Shown: positions 49,447 through 59,023 of the stretch, in pieces
Numbering within the stretch: position 1 is the stretch's first letter
How the letters are laid out: the number at the start of each line of letters is the position of its first letter
Assembly: GCA_043739185.1 (NCBI GenBank)
Contig: JAYUEN010000332.1
Location: 112,194 to 176,193, forward strand
Reading direction: 5' to 3'
DNA length: 64,000 nucleotides
From: Bdellovibrionales bacterium
GTDB lineage: Bacteria; Bdellovibrionota; Bdellovibrionia; Bdellovibrionales; JAMPXM01
Made by a program: the position numbers and the translations under genes
The notes under the pieces: model-generated
The model's database searches: none
The model's input: only the letters and a program-made list of their open reading frames with translations
Told to the model about the DNA's origin: nothing

Positions 49447-50334
49447 ATGAACGATGAAAGTGTTCGTCTCAACAAGTATCTTTCTGAATGTGGGGTTAGT
49501 TCTCGCCGAAAAGCAGACGAACTCATTGCCGAAGGCGCCGTCTTAGTTAACGGAAAAAAGGTTTTCGAATTGGGCACCAAAGTGCATCCCAACAAAGATC
49601 GCATCACCGTGAATGGACGACCCGTTAAAGCTCAGGGTAAAAAGATTTATATACTTTTCAATAAGCCAAAAAATGTCGTTACCACAATGGAAGATCCGAG
49701 CGGTCGAGCCACGGTTGCAGACTATTTTGAACGATTGCCAATGCGAGTATTTCCTGTCGGCCGTCTCGATTGGGACACTGAAGGTATGCTTTTATTAACA
49801 AACGACGGCGATTTTGCTCAAAAGGTCAATCATCCTACCGAAGAAATTACGAAAACTTATTTAGTAAAAGTAGATGGCAAGCCAACTCCCGGCCAACTCG
49901 ATAAACTTCTTAAGGGCGTTTCAATTATTGGCGGCAAAGTGGCCGCTAAACACGTCGAACGTATTCGCCGAGGGGCCGACAAATACGACTGGATTAAAAT
50001 TGTCATCACGGAAGGGAAAAACCGTCAGGTTCGCCGGATGTTTGAGAAAGTCGGATTCGATGTAATCAAATTGCAAAGGGTTGCCATTGGCAAGCTCCGC
50101 ATGGGAACACTTAAGCGTGGAGAATATGTTTTTCTGACTGAAAAAGGTGTCGATAAGATTTTTCAACGTGAACCTATGGAGAGCGCTCAGAACTTTGTCA
50201 CTCCACGGACCCAAAAAAATCAAAAGTCAAAGCGTGCGGCTGCTTATCAACAGCGAGCCAAAAATGCAAAATCTCAGCCCGACAATAAGGGTAAGAATCC
50301 TTTTGCTTTTGAGGACGCTCCAGAAGAAAAATGA
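49447..50334 (+). CDS. rluB: 23S rRNA pseudouridine synthase (RsuA/RluB family, S4 domain)
   Basis: RLNKYLS..G..SRRKAD, FNKP, VGRLD, LLLTNDG, EGKNRQVRRM. Confidence 0.9.
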   Translation: MNDESVRLNKYLSECGVSSRRKADELIAEGAVLVNGKKVFELGTKVHPNKDRITVNGRPVKAQGKKIYILFNKPKNVVTTMEDPSGRATVADYFERLPMRVFPVGRLDWDTEGMLLLTNDGDFAQKVNHPTEEITKTYLVKVDGKPTPGQLDKLLKGVSIIGGKVAAKHVERIRRGADKYDWIKIVITEGKNRQVRRMFEKVGFDVIKLQRVAIGKLRMGTLKRGEYVFLTEKGVDKIFQREPMESAQNFVTPRTQKNQKSKRAAAYQQRAKNAKSQPDNKGKNPFAFEDAPEEK

Positions 50335-51089
50335 AGACTCACCTCGTCCATGCTTTTGAAGACAATTTCATTTTTGTGATAGAAATTAACGGCTGCGCAA
50401 TAGTCGTTGATCCAGGAGAAGCCCACGGTGTTCTTCAGTTTTTGGCAGAAAAGAAGTTGCGCCTTCAAAAGATTTTACTCACCCATTGCCATCATGACCA
50501 TATCGGCGGGGTCAAAGAGCTTCTCGCATCTAGAGGTAAAGACAAAGAGTCGATTCAAATTTTGGGACCCAAAACACTTCAGAATTTTGATATCCACCCT
50601 GATGTTGTTTTAAATGAAGGCGTCAACTTTGAGTTTCAAAATTCTAACTGGCAGACCTATCATCTGCCTGGTCACACCCTCGATCATTTAGTTTATTATA
50701 ATCAGATTGAAAGCGCGCTATTTTGTGGCGATGTGCTGTTTTCTTTAGGCTGTGGTCGACTCTTTGAGGGCAGTTTTGAACAAGCATTTAATTCCCTTAA
50801 GCGAATCAAAAGCCTTCCCCCAGACACTCGCATTTTTTGCACTCACGAATATACTTTGGCAAATTGTCAATTTCATATAAGTGAAGACCTCGCGCCGAGG
50901 GAAGAATATCTCCGCATCAAAGAAAGTCTTGTCGAGCGTTTGGCTATAGGACAAGACAGCATTCCGACGCGTTTGGGTTTTGAATTGAAATACAATAGTC
51001 TATTGAGAACCAATAGCCTAAAAGAATTCACCGAGCTTAGAACCAAACGCAACCACTTCAAGTATGTCATAAATAGGGAGCCAATATGA
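50331..51089 (+). CDS. gloB: Hydroxyacylglutathione hydrolase (glyoxalase II)
   Basis: VDPG, THCHHDHIGG, PGHT, GDVLFSLGCGR, HEYT. Confidence 0.9.
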   Translation: MKTHLVHAFEDNFIFVIEINGCAIVVDPGEAHGVLQFLAEKKLRLQKILLTHCHHDHIGGVKELLASRGKDKESIQILGPKTLQNFDIHPDVVLNEGVNFEFQNSNWQTYHLPGHTLDHLVYYNQIESALFCGDVLFSLGCGRLFEGSFEQAFNSLKRIKSLPPDTRIFCTHEYTLANCQFHISEDLAPREEYLRIKESLVERLAIGQDSIPTRLGFELKYNSLLRTNSLKEFTELRTKRNHFKYVINREPI

Positions 51090-51526
51090 AACTGAGAATT
51101 GATGGCAAAGAGTGGTGGCGCGAAGGCGTTCGCTTTCAATGTCAGGGCTCCGGAAAATGTTGCACTTCACATGGTGAGTTTGGATTCGTATATTTAACCA
51201 AAGAAGATCGCAAAAGATTTGCAGAACATTTTAAAATGCGTTCTGGTGAATTTACAAAAAAATATTGCGAAAAAGATGGCGAAGTCTGGCGCCTAAAAGA
51301 CAATGATAAAAACCCAGATTGTCTCTTTTTGAAAAATAAACAATGCAGCGTTTATCAAGCCCGCCCCTCTCAGTGTCGTACCTGGCCGTTTTGGCCCGAA
51401 GTCATGAACGCAAAGTCCTGGGCAAGCGAAATTGTAAGTTTTTGCCCAGGCGTAGGAAAAGGCGAATTGGTTTCTGGTGAGGAAATTGAAATTTCTCTAA
51501 GAAAACAAATCAAACAAAAATTTTAG
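51086..51526 (+). CDS. YkgJ-family cysteine-cluster protein
   Basis: FQCQGSGKCC, CLFL, CSVYQARPSQCRTWPFW, CPG. Confidence 0.88.
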   Translation: MKLRIDGKEWWREGVRFQCQGSGKCCTSHGEFGFVYLTKEDRKRFAEHFKMRSGEFTKKYCEKDGEVWRLKDNDKNPDCLFLKNKQCSVYQARPSQCRTWPFWPEVMNAKSWASEIVSFCPGVGKGELVSGEEIEISLRKQIKQKF

Positions 51527-51797
51527 ACTTTCTGACCTTTCATCTAGGTTTCAACGACATACTCAAATCTCATGAGAAGCAACTGGCCACCCTATTGGAC
51601 GCAGTGGCTTTTCAAATGCATTCAAAAGAATTTAATTTTAAGACGCAGAGCCCTTTGTGCGCGTCTTTTTTAGCTTTGTTGGGAATTTTGAAATTTAATA
51701 TCACTTCGAAGATGTTTCACCTGTCTATTCTTCTTTCAATGTGCTATCTTAGTGGCTGTTATAGATCGCTTCTATTGAGTCCTGTGCGTGTTTGCCC

Positions 51798-51835
51798 AAG
51801 TCCTCCTTAGCGGCCCCAAGCCTGATGGAGGACTT
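51798..51835 (+). promoter_or_regulatory. 5'-UTR hairpin sequestering the Shine-Dalgarno of the first RRM gene
   Basis: AAGTCCTCC (51798-51806) pairs perfectly with GGAGGACTT (51827-51835), which directly precedes ATG 51836. Confidence 0.65.
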
Positions 51836-52165
51836 ATGGGTAAAAAATTGTATGTTGGTAATTTGTCGTTTTCTGAAACAGACCAAAATTTGGTCGACAC
51901 TTTTTCTGAGTGTGGAACTGTTGAATCAGCTAAGATCATCATGGATCGCGAATCTGGCCGTAGCAAAGGATTCGGATTTGTTGAGATGTCATCTGATGCA
52001 GAAGCAACTTCAGCAATCAACAAATTCAACGGTGTTGAATTCAACGGTCGCCCTTGGACTGTAAACGAAGCAAAGCCAATGGAGCCACGTAATGGTGGCG
52101 GTGGCGGACGTGGTTTCGGTGGTGGCGGCGGCGGTGGCCGTGGCGGAAGAGACAATCGTTACTAG
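51836..52165 (+). CDS. RRM RNA-binding protein with Gly/Arg-rich tail
   Basis: RNP2 LYVGNL, RNP1 KGFGFVEM, GGGGGRGFGG tail; GGAGG RBS. Confidence 0.93.
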   Translation: MGKKLYVGNLSFSETDQNLVDTFSECGTVESAKIIMDRESGRSKGFGFVEMSSDAEATSAINKFNGVEFNGRPWTVNEAKPMEPRNGGGGGRGFGGGGGGGRGGRDNRY

Positions 52166-52185
52166 TATTATTTAGATATTTTTTG

Positions 52186-52214
52186 AGGGAGACGTTTTTT
52201 AAGTCTCCCTTTTT
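52186..52214 (+). terminator. Intrinsic terminator after the first RRM gene
   Basis: AGGGAGAC-9 nt loop-GTCTCCCT then TTTT. Confidence 0.7.
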
Positions 52215-52248
52215 ATTGTAAAATAATTATTCTAGAGGGGGGCTTTCG

Positions 52249-52476
52249 ATGAGTAAAAAACTTTACATCGCTAACATTTCGAATTCCGTAGATCTCAATT
52301 CACTGCAAAATTTATTTGCGCAAGTCGGTCTGGTTAAAAAAGCTTCTGTTATCTCTGGCATCAGCAAGGGTTTCGGCTTTGTCGAAATGTCCTCTGAAGA
52401 AGAAGCAAAAGCCGGAATTAAAAAATTCAATGGCTACGAATATGCCGGACGCACCTTACAGGTGAGATACTCCTAA
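52249..52476 (+). CDS. Second, minimal RRM RNA-binding protein
   Basis: LYIANI, SKGFGFVEMSS, FNGYEYAGRTLQV. Confidence 0.85.
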   Translation: MSKKLYIANISNSVDLNSLQNLFAQVGLVKKASVISGISKGFGFVEMSSEEEAKAGIKKFNGYEYAGRTLQVRYS

Positions 52477-52533
52477 ATGTACCTGCTTAGTTTTGGAGGC
52501 GCACCGGGCCTTTTAAGCTAAGTAAGTAAATCT

Positions 52534-53265
52534 ATGAAAGATTTATTTTCAATTCAATCCGCAGAATACGCGAAGTACAGACCCACCTATCCCAACGAGC
52601 TTTTTAATTATCTAAGGCAAATCTCTTCTGAAAAAGACTTCGCCTGGGATTGCGGCACGGGCAATGGACAGGCCGCTCTTGAGCTGGCCAAAGTCTTCAA
52701 GAATGTGATCGCTACTGATCTCTCGCAAAATCAAATTGCCAATGCTCAAAAAGCTCAAAATATTGAATATCGCATTGGCTCAGCTGAGGACTCAGGATTG
52801 GCTACCCATAGTATCAATCTCATCACGGTTGCCCAAGCCATTCATTGGTTTAAGCATGAAGCTTTCTTTGCCGAGGTTAAGCGAATATTGAGGCCTGGTG
52901 GCGTATTGGCTTTTTGGTGTTACCAATTGGCTGAAGTCGATAAGAAAATCGACAAGAGTGTTTTTACCTTATATGAGGGCGTTCTAGGTCCTTATTGGGA
53001 AAAAGAGCGTAAACACGTCGACGATGGCTATAAAAATGTGGTGGTACCATTTGAGGAAATCATTACACCTTCATTTTGCATTCGAACCTCGTGGTCCCTT
53101 GAACAATATATTGGATATCTATCGACCTGGTCGGCACTGCAAGCATGTATTCAAAAAAATAATAGCAATCCGCTTAAAGATTTTTATCCTGAGCTTAAAG
53201 AAAGTTGGGGAAAAGAATTAAAGGCTGTTTCTTGGAAGATTTCGTTACGCGCATTTCAACTTTGA
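52534..53265 (+). CDS. Class I SAM-dependent methyltransferase
   Basis: YAKYRPTYP, WDCGTGNGQ, TVAQAIHWF, LRPGG. Confidence 0.9.
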   Translation: MKDLFSIQSAEYAKYRPTYPNELFNYLRQISSEKDFAWDCGTGNGQAALELAKVFKNVIATDLSQNQIANAQKAQNIEYRIGSAEDSGLATHSINLITVAQAIHWFKHEAFFAEVKRILRPGGVLAFWCYQLAEVDKKIDKSVFTLYEGVLGPYWEKERKHVDDGYKNVVVPFEEIITPSFCIRTSWSLEQYIGYLSTWSALQACIQKNNSNPLKDFYPELKESWGKELKAVSWKISLRAFQL

Positions 53266-53299
53266 AACCGAGTAGTTATTTTCGGACCTGCCCTTACCC

Positions 53300-53330
53300 A
53301 AAAAAAAAGCCGCACTCGAAAGCGCGGCTT
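53300..53330 (-). terminator. Intrinsic terminator of the SWIB gene
   Basis: AAGCCGC...GCGGCTT stem with an A9 tract (U-tract on minus strand). Confidence 0.75.
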
Positions 53331-53353
53331 ATAACTAAACAATTTGAAATATA

Positions 53354-53701
53354 CTATTTCAAATGTTTTCCGATTAATTTTGTCATTTCAAACATTCCAA
53401 CTGTTGCTTTTCCGAAGATTGCGCGAAGTTTATCATCAGTATTGATGTTTCTGCGATTTTTTGCATCTTGGAGGTTATGCTTTTTGATGTATTTCCAGAG
53501 GCCTTTTACAACTTCTGTACGTGGAGCAGCTTTAGCTCCGATAACTGCAGCTAGATCTGCACTCAAAGTTAAAGGTTTCATGAAAGCCGCATTAGGCTTG
53601 CCAGCTCTTTTCGCTTTAGCTTTTTTTGGAGCGGCCTTCTTAGTAGTAGTAGTCGCTTTTTTGCTAGCTTTCTTTGTCGCTTTTTTCTTTGCTTTCGCCA
53701 T
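53354..53701 (-). CDS. SWIB/MDM2-domain protein with Lys/Ala-rich N-terminal tail
   Basis: FMKPLTLSADLAAVIG, PRTEVVKGLWKYIKKHNLQD, MFEMTKLIGKHL. Confidence 0.9.
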   Translation of the reverse strand: MAKAKKKATKKASKKATTTTKKAAPKKAKAKRAGKPNAAFMKPLTLSADLAAVIGAKAAPRTEVVKGLWKYIKKHNLQDAKNRRNINTDDKLRAIFGKATVGMFEMTKLIGKHLK

Positions 53702-53913
53702 ACTTATAGTTCCTTACCTTTTATGGGTTTATGGTTTCCTGTTAGCTATCATACCTAGCGGAAAGCATTTGTCCAATGGAAAGCGACATAAAATCATTAA
53801 AAACTGAAGCTATTGACGTTTTTTCCCTCTGAAATAGACGATTTTCCCTATAGAAAGCAGAAAAATCCCCTTATAAGAGTCTGATTGAGCAATCGTAGAC
53901 CTATTTTTCCCCT

Positions 53914-54567
53914 CTACAAACAGGAATTGAGACATTCGAATATGGCCTTGGGAGCGAAATTTTCTGCGCTTAGATCAAGCTTGAAACTAAGGCCATTTGG
54001 AATTTTTGAACACGACATCGCCCCACTACTAAATTTAATCTCAATTGTGCGAACAGCGGCCAAGGCCTCTTTGCCCATACTTTCGCTGGCTATTTTTTTA
54101 ATTTCGGCGACGCAAGCATAAACCCAAGCCAACAGCGCGCCAGGGGTATCGTCGGTTTCGGTAAAACTATCAAATTGAACCTGAAATTTCTGACCGAGCT
54201 CTTGGCAAATAACTTCAATTTCTCGTAGGGCCTTTAGTTTACTAATCGAAACAAATCGAACGTCATTCAACCAGGGCTTTGAAAAGAAATTCTCAAGTCC
54301 AATGGGATCTTCAATTTCAAGCGCGGCTAAGGGACTGAGAGGTAATAATACCACCTGCTTCTTTTCACGAAAACTCATGACGACATAGTCACCGTCTCGT
54401 GTTTGCACGATTTGGCTAGGTATGCCCTGCCAGCTTTTCGAACTCGCATAGTGAAGCGTTACGCTTGCTCTTTGATCGAGCTCATCGCGCTCCGTATTCG
54501 CCCTAGCAATTCGGTGCAAAAGAGAAATAGGCCCATCCGATAGCAATGCGCTTGAGGTATTTTTCAT
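53914..54567 (-). CDS. Hypothetical protein; C-terminal domain resembles the upstream gene
   Basis: IASESMGKEALAAV...IFECLNSCL versus ICGDEMGKTAVREK...IQQTLEKNL. Confidence 0.65.
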   Translation of the reverse strand: MKNTSSALLSDGPISLLHRIARANTERDELDQRASVTLHYASSKSWQGIPSQIVQTRDGDYVVMSFREKKQVVLLPLSPLAALEIEDPIGLENFFSKPWLNDVRFVSISKLKALREIEVICQELGQKFQVQFDSFTETDDTPGALLAWVYACVAEIKKIASESMGKEALAAVRTIEIKFSSGAMSCSKIPNGLSFKLDLSAENFAPKAIFECLNSCL

Positions 54568-54953
54568 AAATTCTTTTCGAGAGTTTGTTGAATACTGTCT
54601 GCGCCGTAGGCTCCGTTACCACAAAGATCATTGCGAATGGTGAATACGCCATTTGTGAAATCCATTTCGCCTGCAGACGGAATCATATTCACTTCTTTCA
54701 ACTTTTCGCGTACTGCAGTCTTACCCATTTCATCTCCGCAAATATTAGTTAAGGCCGTGGTTACCGAGTCAAACATATAGTCATTGTATTTTTTATTTTC
54801 GCAAATATACATGCACTCCGAATGATTTTCGACCGCCGCCCAATCAAATGTGAGTTTCAAATCATAACCACATATTTCCTTCACTTTGGTCTGAAGGTTT
54901 TTGAAGTCTGTCTCCTTGATATTCTGAACTGCTTTTCTTTCTGCTAATCCCAT
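54564..54953 (-). CDS. Hypothetical protein (MGLAER...DEMGK type)
   Basis: AAGGAG RBS before ATG 54953; ATGA overlap with the next gene. Confidence 0.75.
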   Translation of the reverse strand: MGLAERKAVQNIKETDFKNLQTKVKEICGYDLKLTFDWAAVENHSECMYICENKKYNDYMFDSVTTALTNICGDEMGKTAVREKLKEVNMIPSAGEMDFTNGVFTIRNDLCGNGAYGADSIQQTLEKNL

Positions 54954-55212
54954 AAGATTCTCCTTTTTTTGTGTTTGTTTAGGTTTAGTAAAAAAGCTTC
55001 TTACGTCAACATAATCAATTAAATCTCGACTCTCGACTTGCGTTGAATTTAGGTTGGAATTGGCGTTGAACACACCACGGGATTTTGGCTTTTTAGACAT
55101 TTTTTGTCTGTCGTTTTGCAAGTTGTTCAAGTCAACTTTTGATTGAGCGTTCGGTCGAGCTAAATGTGATATTATAAACTCGAAATTAAAAACCAAATGT
55201 TAAGGACGACTC

Positions 55213-55686
55213 ATGAAGTACTTTTTGCAGATTCTTGTTTTAATAAGCTTTTCAAATTCTTATGCATCTATACAGGACCTTGCTGGTGTTTACACAAAGA
55301 CCACTGGCGTTAGATTTTTTACCGACGCTGATGCTTGTAAAGCTGAAAACGGCGAGTATGACTCTAGCGATGGGTCTTGCATTTTTTATTCGCCAAGTGG
55401 GAACTCAATTTCAATTTCTCAAATCGAACTGAGCGGGAAAAACCAATATAAAGTAGAAGTTGAAACTCTGTGGGGTCCAGCCAATCAAAGATCTTATTCT
55501 GGAATTGTCACGGGTTTTGCCGGCAATCAAATTACAGTTCGCGAAGTTGACTCGGATTCTAATCGTCCAATTCAACACGGCTGCATATTGACACTAATTA
55601 TCAAGGATGGCCAGGCGTCCGCGCTACCCCGAGGAAAGTATTGTGATTCTGGATTAACTATCAACGGCGCCACAAAGTCTAAGTGA
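55213..55686 (+). CDS. Hypothetical secreted protein, 4 Cys
   Basis: AAGGA RBS, signal peptide ending SYA. Confidence 0.7.
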   Translation: MKYFLQILVLISFSNSYASIQDLAGVYTKTTGVRFFTDADACKAENGEYDSSDGSCIFYSPSGNSISISQIELSGKNQYKVEVETLWGPANQRSYSGIVTGFAGNQITVREVDSDSNRPIQHGCILTLIIKDGQASALPRGKYCDSGLTINGATKSK

Positions 55687-55728
55687 ATATCCGAGATGCC
55701 CTACGGTACCTCGGCTCAATAATTTAAA

Positions 55729-56076
55729 CTAATTGTGTTTGTCTTCGTAAATTTCTCGGCTGGTTTTGTTTTCTTCACGGTTGAGTTTGCGTTGCTCGCG
55801 TTTTGTTAAATAACCGCCGTTTCTCTTTACGTCACGGCGCTCTTCGCGTTTGATTTTGGCTTCTTCTTTTTCAACTTTTGCTACCTCGCCAGGACTCATC
55901 TTGCCACTTTCGATACCTTCTGCAATGCGCTTCTGCTGATTGCGTTCTCTTTTGTTTACTTCAGCACGACGCGGATGTTTCTCTTTGAAACTCTCCTCAG
56001 CAAAAAGCTGTGAAGACAGCATTGTGATACTCATTAAGGCTATTAAGACTTTTAAATTTTTCATTTGTACCTCCAT
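55729..56076 (-). CDS. Small secreted charged helical protein (HPRRAEVN...NQQKRI type)
   Basis: Signal peptide ending LFA; highly charged helical mature part. Confidence 0.75.
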   Translation of the reverse strand: MEVQMKNLKVLIALMSITMLSSQLFAEESFKEKHPRRAEVNKRERNQQKRIAEGIESGKMSPGEVAKVEKEEAKIKREERRDVKRNGGYLTKREQRKLNREENKTSREIYEDKHN

Positions 56077-56257
56077 AATTTAATGATAACTGATGACCCT
56101 AAATCAATCATGAAATCAAAATGAAAAGGCTTTTAGATTTCTCAAGGGAATACACTTAATGCGCTTCTGGCAGAATTTTGAACGCCGTCTCAATTAGAGG
56201 CGCCTTTTCTTTTGCTTTGTAAAATATTGAAAACTTCAGAGTCAGGCATCCCGGATA

Positions 56258-56341
56258 CAGACAACGGTAGCCGATCCAAAATCGGAGACCGAAACAGCCA
56301 AACAGCTAACGGCTGCGGCTGCCAAGAAAACTGATTTAAAA
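56258..56341 (+). repeat. Dispersed intergenic repeat, copy C (core 56282-56341 plus 5' extension shared with D)
   Basis: tcggagaccgaaacagccaaacagctaacggctgcggctgccaagaaaactgatttaaaa. Confidence 0.88.
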
Positions 56342-56483
56342 TCAAGAATTGAAACCAGCTCTAATGAAAGGCCAGGACCTTGCCATAATTGACACTCCTC
56401 TTTGAAAAAAATGGGTAACAAATATTGCGCCAAGATTTTTCATACAATATTCGTTATATTGCTAAAACGAAAACCAGGGGAAC

Positions 56484-57725
56484 GTGCACTTGCGACATAA
56501 TTCACTTAGCCATTCTACTTTCAGTCTCGGCCTGCGCGTTGTGTTTGCGGCAAGCCTTGCGATAAGTTTGCCGATTGCAGCCTTGGCCTCGAGCCACATG
56601 GTTTGCGAAAGCCTATTCCATGTTTTAAGCCCAAAAGAAGAAGCTAAGCTTATTGGATTTTTTTTAAAAGAAAACAAAGGGACTTCAAATCAATCGACCG
56701 TTAAATGGATTGAGAATACCGATCATAAAGTTATTTTTATTAAAAAGAAGTCAGATATGTGGCTCTCGCGGCACAATGCTTTAGAAGAAAGCTTAACGGC
56801 TGAGGGTGACCTTCGCCTTCCAATGTTTTTAATGGGATCAGAATTGGCGGCGCATATGGGCTTTGCAATTCATGAATTCGAAGATCGTATCGAAATCGCC
56901 ATACCAGACGCGAAATCACTGGGCATTGTAGTGTCGCAAATTAATCAATCATTGAAATCTAGAGGACTCGAACCCATTACTTATTTGCCGGTCTATACAG
57001 GATATATTACGATTCAAGAAGGCTTTGATCTGGCCCTTGCAGCAAAGGGGGACTATCAAGTTTTCTTTCCCTATGCTGACGACTTTCCGGCGCTCGTTCC
57101 TCATGAAGCCTCATTTCATTTAGGTGCGATGATGCTACCCTCGAAAGTGACCAAACGCGCGAGATTAATTACCGAAGAAACGCAAAGCTTTTTGAAGCTT
57201 ATAAATTTGCATAGAAAAGAAATCGGAAGCGAAAAAACCCAAGAGTTGATAGATCAGATCATGCATGAAAGAGTTTTCGAACATGATGCTGGCTTTGCTA
57301 GCTTAGTCACCTCGCCGGCTCATGCTAGGCGTGACAATGATATGAAAACCTATCGCGAAATTTTCTCAAAAATTTCAGATAAATTTTGGTTCTATATGAA
57401 GCGCGATATAGAGTATTTGAATCGTCCGGGCCTGCAACCATATGAAGCCGTTCTCGCAAGGCTTCAAATTATGACCGGAGTTGATTTGAGTGAATTTATT
57501 GGGAATGATACACGCGGTTTTATTGCCTTTGAAAGATTAGATCAAGGTATTGGAAAAAAAGTTGAGCTAACTGCCAAACAGAAACAATCTTTAAAAGATG
57601 TTGTAGTGAGGTATATGAGTACGCCTCACTTAACTGCTGAAATTACGACCTCAAAGGCCTTAGCTGAAGACTATATTCAATATCTAGACAAACGAATCTC
57701 AGATATCAATGCCAGCTTTATGTAA
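56484..57725 (+). CDS. Hypothetical exported protein
   Basis: 413-aa ORF, signal-peptide-like N-terminus ending ALA, then C..LF. Confidence 0.7.
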   Translation: MHLRHNSLSHSTFSLGLRVVFAASLAISLPIAALASSHMVCESLFHVLSPKEEAKLIGFFLKENKGTSNQSTVKWIENTDHKVIFIKKKSDMWLSRHNALEESLTAEGDLRLPMFLMGSELAAHMGFAIHEFEDRIEIAIPDAKSLGIVVSQINQSLKSRGLEPITYLPVYTGYITIQEGFDLALAAKGDYQVFFPYADDFPALVPHEASFHLGAMMLPSKVTKRARLITEETQSFLKLINLHRKEIGSEKTQELIDQIMHERVFEHDAGFASLVTSPAHARRDNDMKTYREIFSKISDKFWFYMKRDIEYLNRPGLQPYEAVLARLQIMTGVDLSEFIGNDTRGFIAFERLDQGIGKKVELTAKQKQSLKDVVVRYMSTPHLTAEITTSKALAEDYIQYLDKRISDINASFM

Positions 57726-58092
57726 TCCTTCAATGGAGACAATTAACTCTAATTTTAAATTATTAAAAGCCTCATTAAGAGCTGGCGTTCCTGTTGGGAC
57801 TAGAATTGATTGGGATAAGGGAGCCGCACATGAGGTTCTTGTCTACGGAGCACATTTCGCAATCGAAACGAAAGCAGGTCAGCCGGATGGTTGGAAGCTG
57901 GCATTGGACATTTTTGACCCAATAGATGGCCAAATTCGTACTATATCATCTAGCGCGCGCTATCAAAATAAGGGTAATTTTATTTGGGATTTTTCATTCG
58001 GTGATTTTTCAAATGGCCAACCCAAAAAAGCTTCAAACGAATTGTGCAATATCTTATCGCCAGAAACCCGCTCTAGGCTTTGTCTTCATTGA
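57709..58092 (+). pseudogene. Possible C-terminal fragment of a papain-like (C39-like) peptidase
   Basis: LRAGVPV...IDW..GAAHEVLVYG...IFDP pattern without an upstream catalytic-Cys helix. Confidence 0.35.
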
Positions 58093-58095
58093 TCT

Positions 58096-58833
58096 CTACT
58101 TATAGTTTCGTTGCCATTGACCATACATATTGTTTGGAAGAATCCAAAAACGGGAAGCTGCATTTTCTAAAATGAGCTTCCGGCCCGTAGTGAGCATTTC
58201 ATCTGAATAGAACTCTTCAAAGTCTCTTGCACTATCTCCAAAAAGAGCAATGATGGGGCGCGGACCAAGTGCTCTGCAACGCTCATCAATTGCTTGCTCG
58301 ACACATTGACGACGAATGCCCTTCGAATCAGTCTTATCTCTCTTCGTCAGAATCATATCGCCATCTTTAAAAAGTCCTTGCGCCCGCAAATTAATGAGAG
58401 TGTCGGCCTCTTGGTCTATGGTTCGATCCGTTATAAATACAATGTGCATGGAAGCAAGCAAGCGGGCCTTGTCTAAAAAGTCCTGAGCCCCGGCAACGGC
58501 AAGAGCCGCTTTTTTATGAGTCCAAATATCCCAAGTCGCGGGAGAGAAAACCGGGTTTTCAATTTGATAAGGCGAATTATCTAAGACAGTATCGTCAACA
58601 TCTAATACGATAACTTTTTCACCTTGAGGATAGACCGAACTTGCTGTTGATTTCGAAATGTAGTCGTAAGCTAAGCGATAGATTTGGGTAGTCAAAGCTT
58701 CAAATTCAATCGACCTGCGATACTGAATTTCTAAACGATCAGGAGCGGGAGAACTTGGATTCTCAGCTCCAAAAAGTGGATTGAAACTTAAAAGTGAAGA
58801 AAAAATAATGAGTGGCACAGCTCTGAATTTCAT
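58096..58833 (-). CDS. Secreted HAD-family acid phosphatase / 5'-nucleotidase (class C, e(P4)-like)
   Basis: LDVDDTVLDNSPY, FITDR, FGDSARDF, LPNNMYGQW. Confidence 0.88.
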   Translation of the reverse strand: MKFRAVPLIIFSSLLSFNPLFGAENPSSPAPDRLEIQYRRSIEFEALTTQIYRLAYDYISKSTASSVYPQGEKVIVLDVDDTVLDNSPYQIENPVFSPATWDIWTHKKAALAVAGAQDFLDKARLLASMHIVFITDRTIDQEADTLINLRAQGLFKDGDMILTKRDKTDSKGIRRQCVEQAIDERCRALGPRPIIALFGDSARDFEEFYSDEMLTTGRKLILENAASRFWILPNNMYGQWQRNYK

Positions 58834-59023
58834 AATTTGTTCCTTTCGAGGAAGAGACAAAATACCACGTGGATCTAGAGGAATATAGGGAGAGTGTGAT
58901 TTTTTGAAGAAGTTACAGATTCAGCTAGCAGCACTAAAAGAAGAGTTCAATGTGAAAGCTTCTGCGGAACACATTAAGAGTCAGTTTGGCTTAAGTGTGG
59001 AGCGAAGCCGGGAAGTAGGCAAT

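Noticed and set aside
54954..55196. N-terminal extension of the 210-aa ORF call (similar extensions in the calls for motA, ftsL, murE, OCD and RRM1)
   Set aside because: Internal ATGs with clear RBS and family-typical N-termini are better starts
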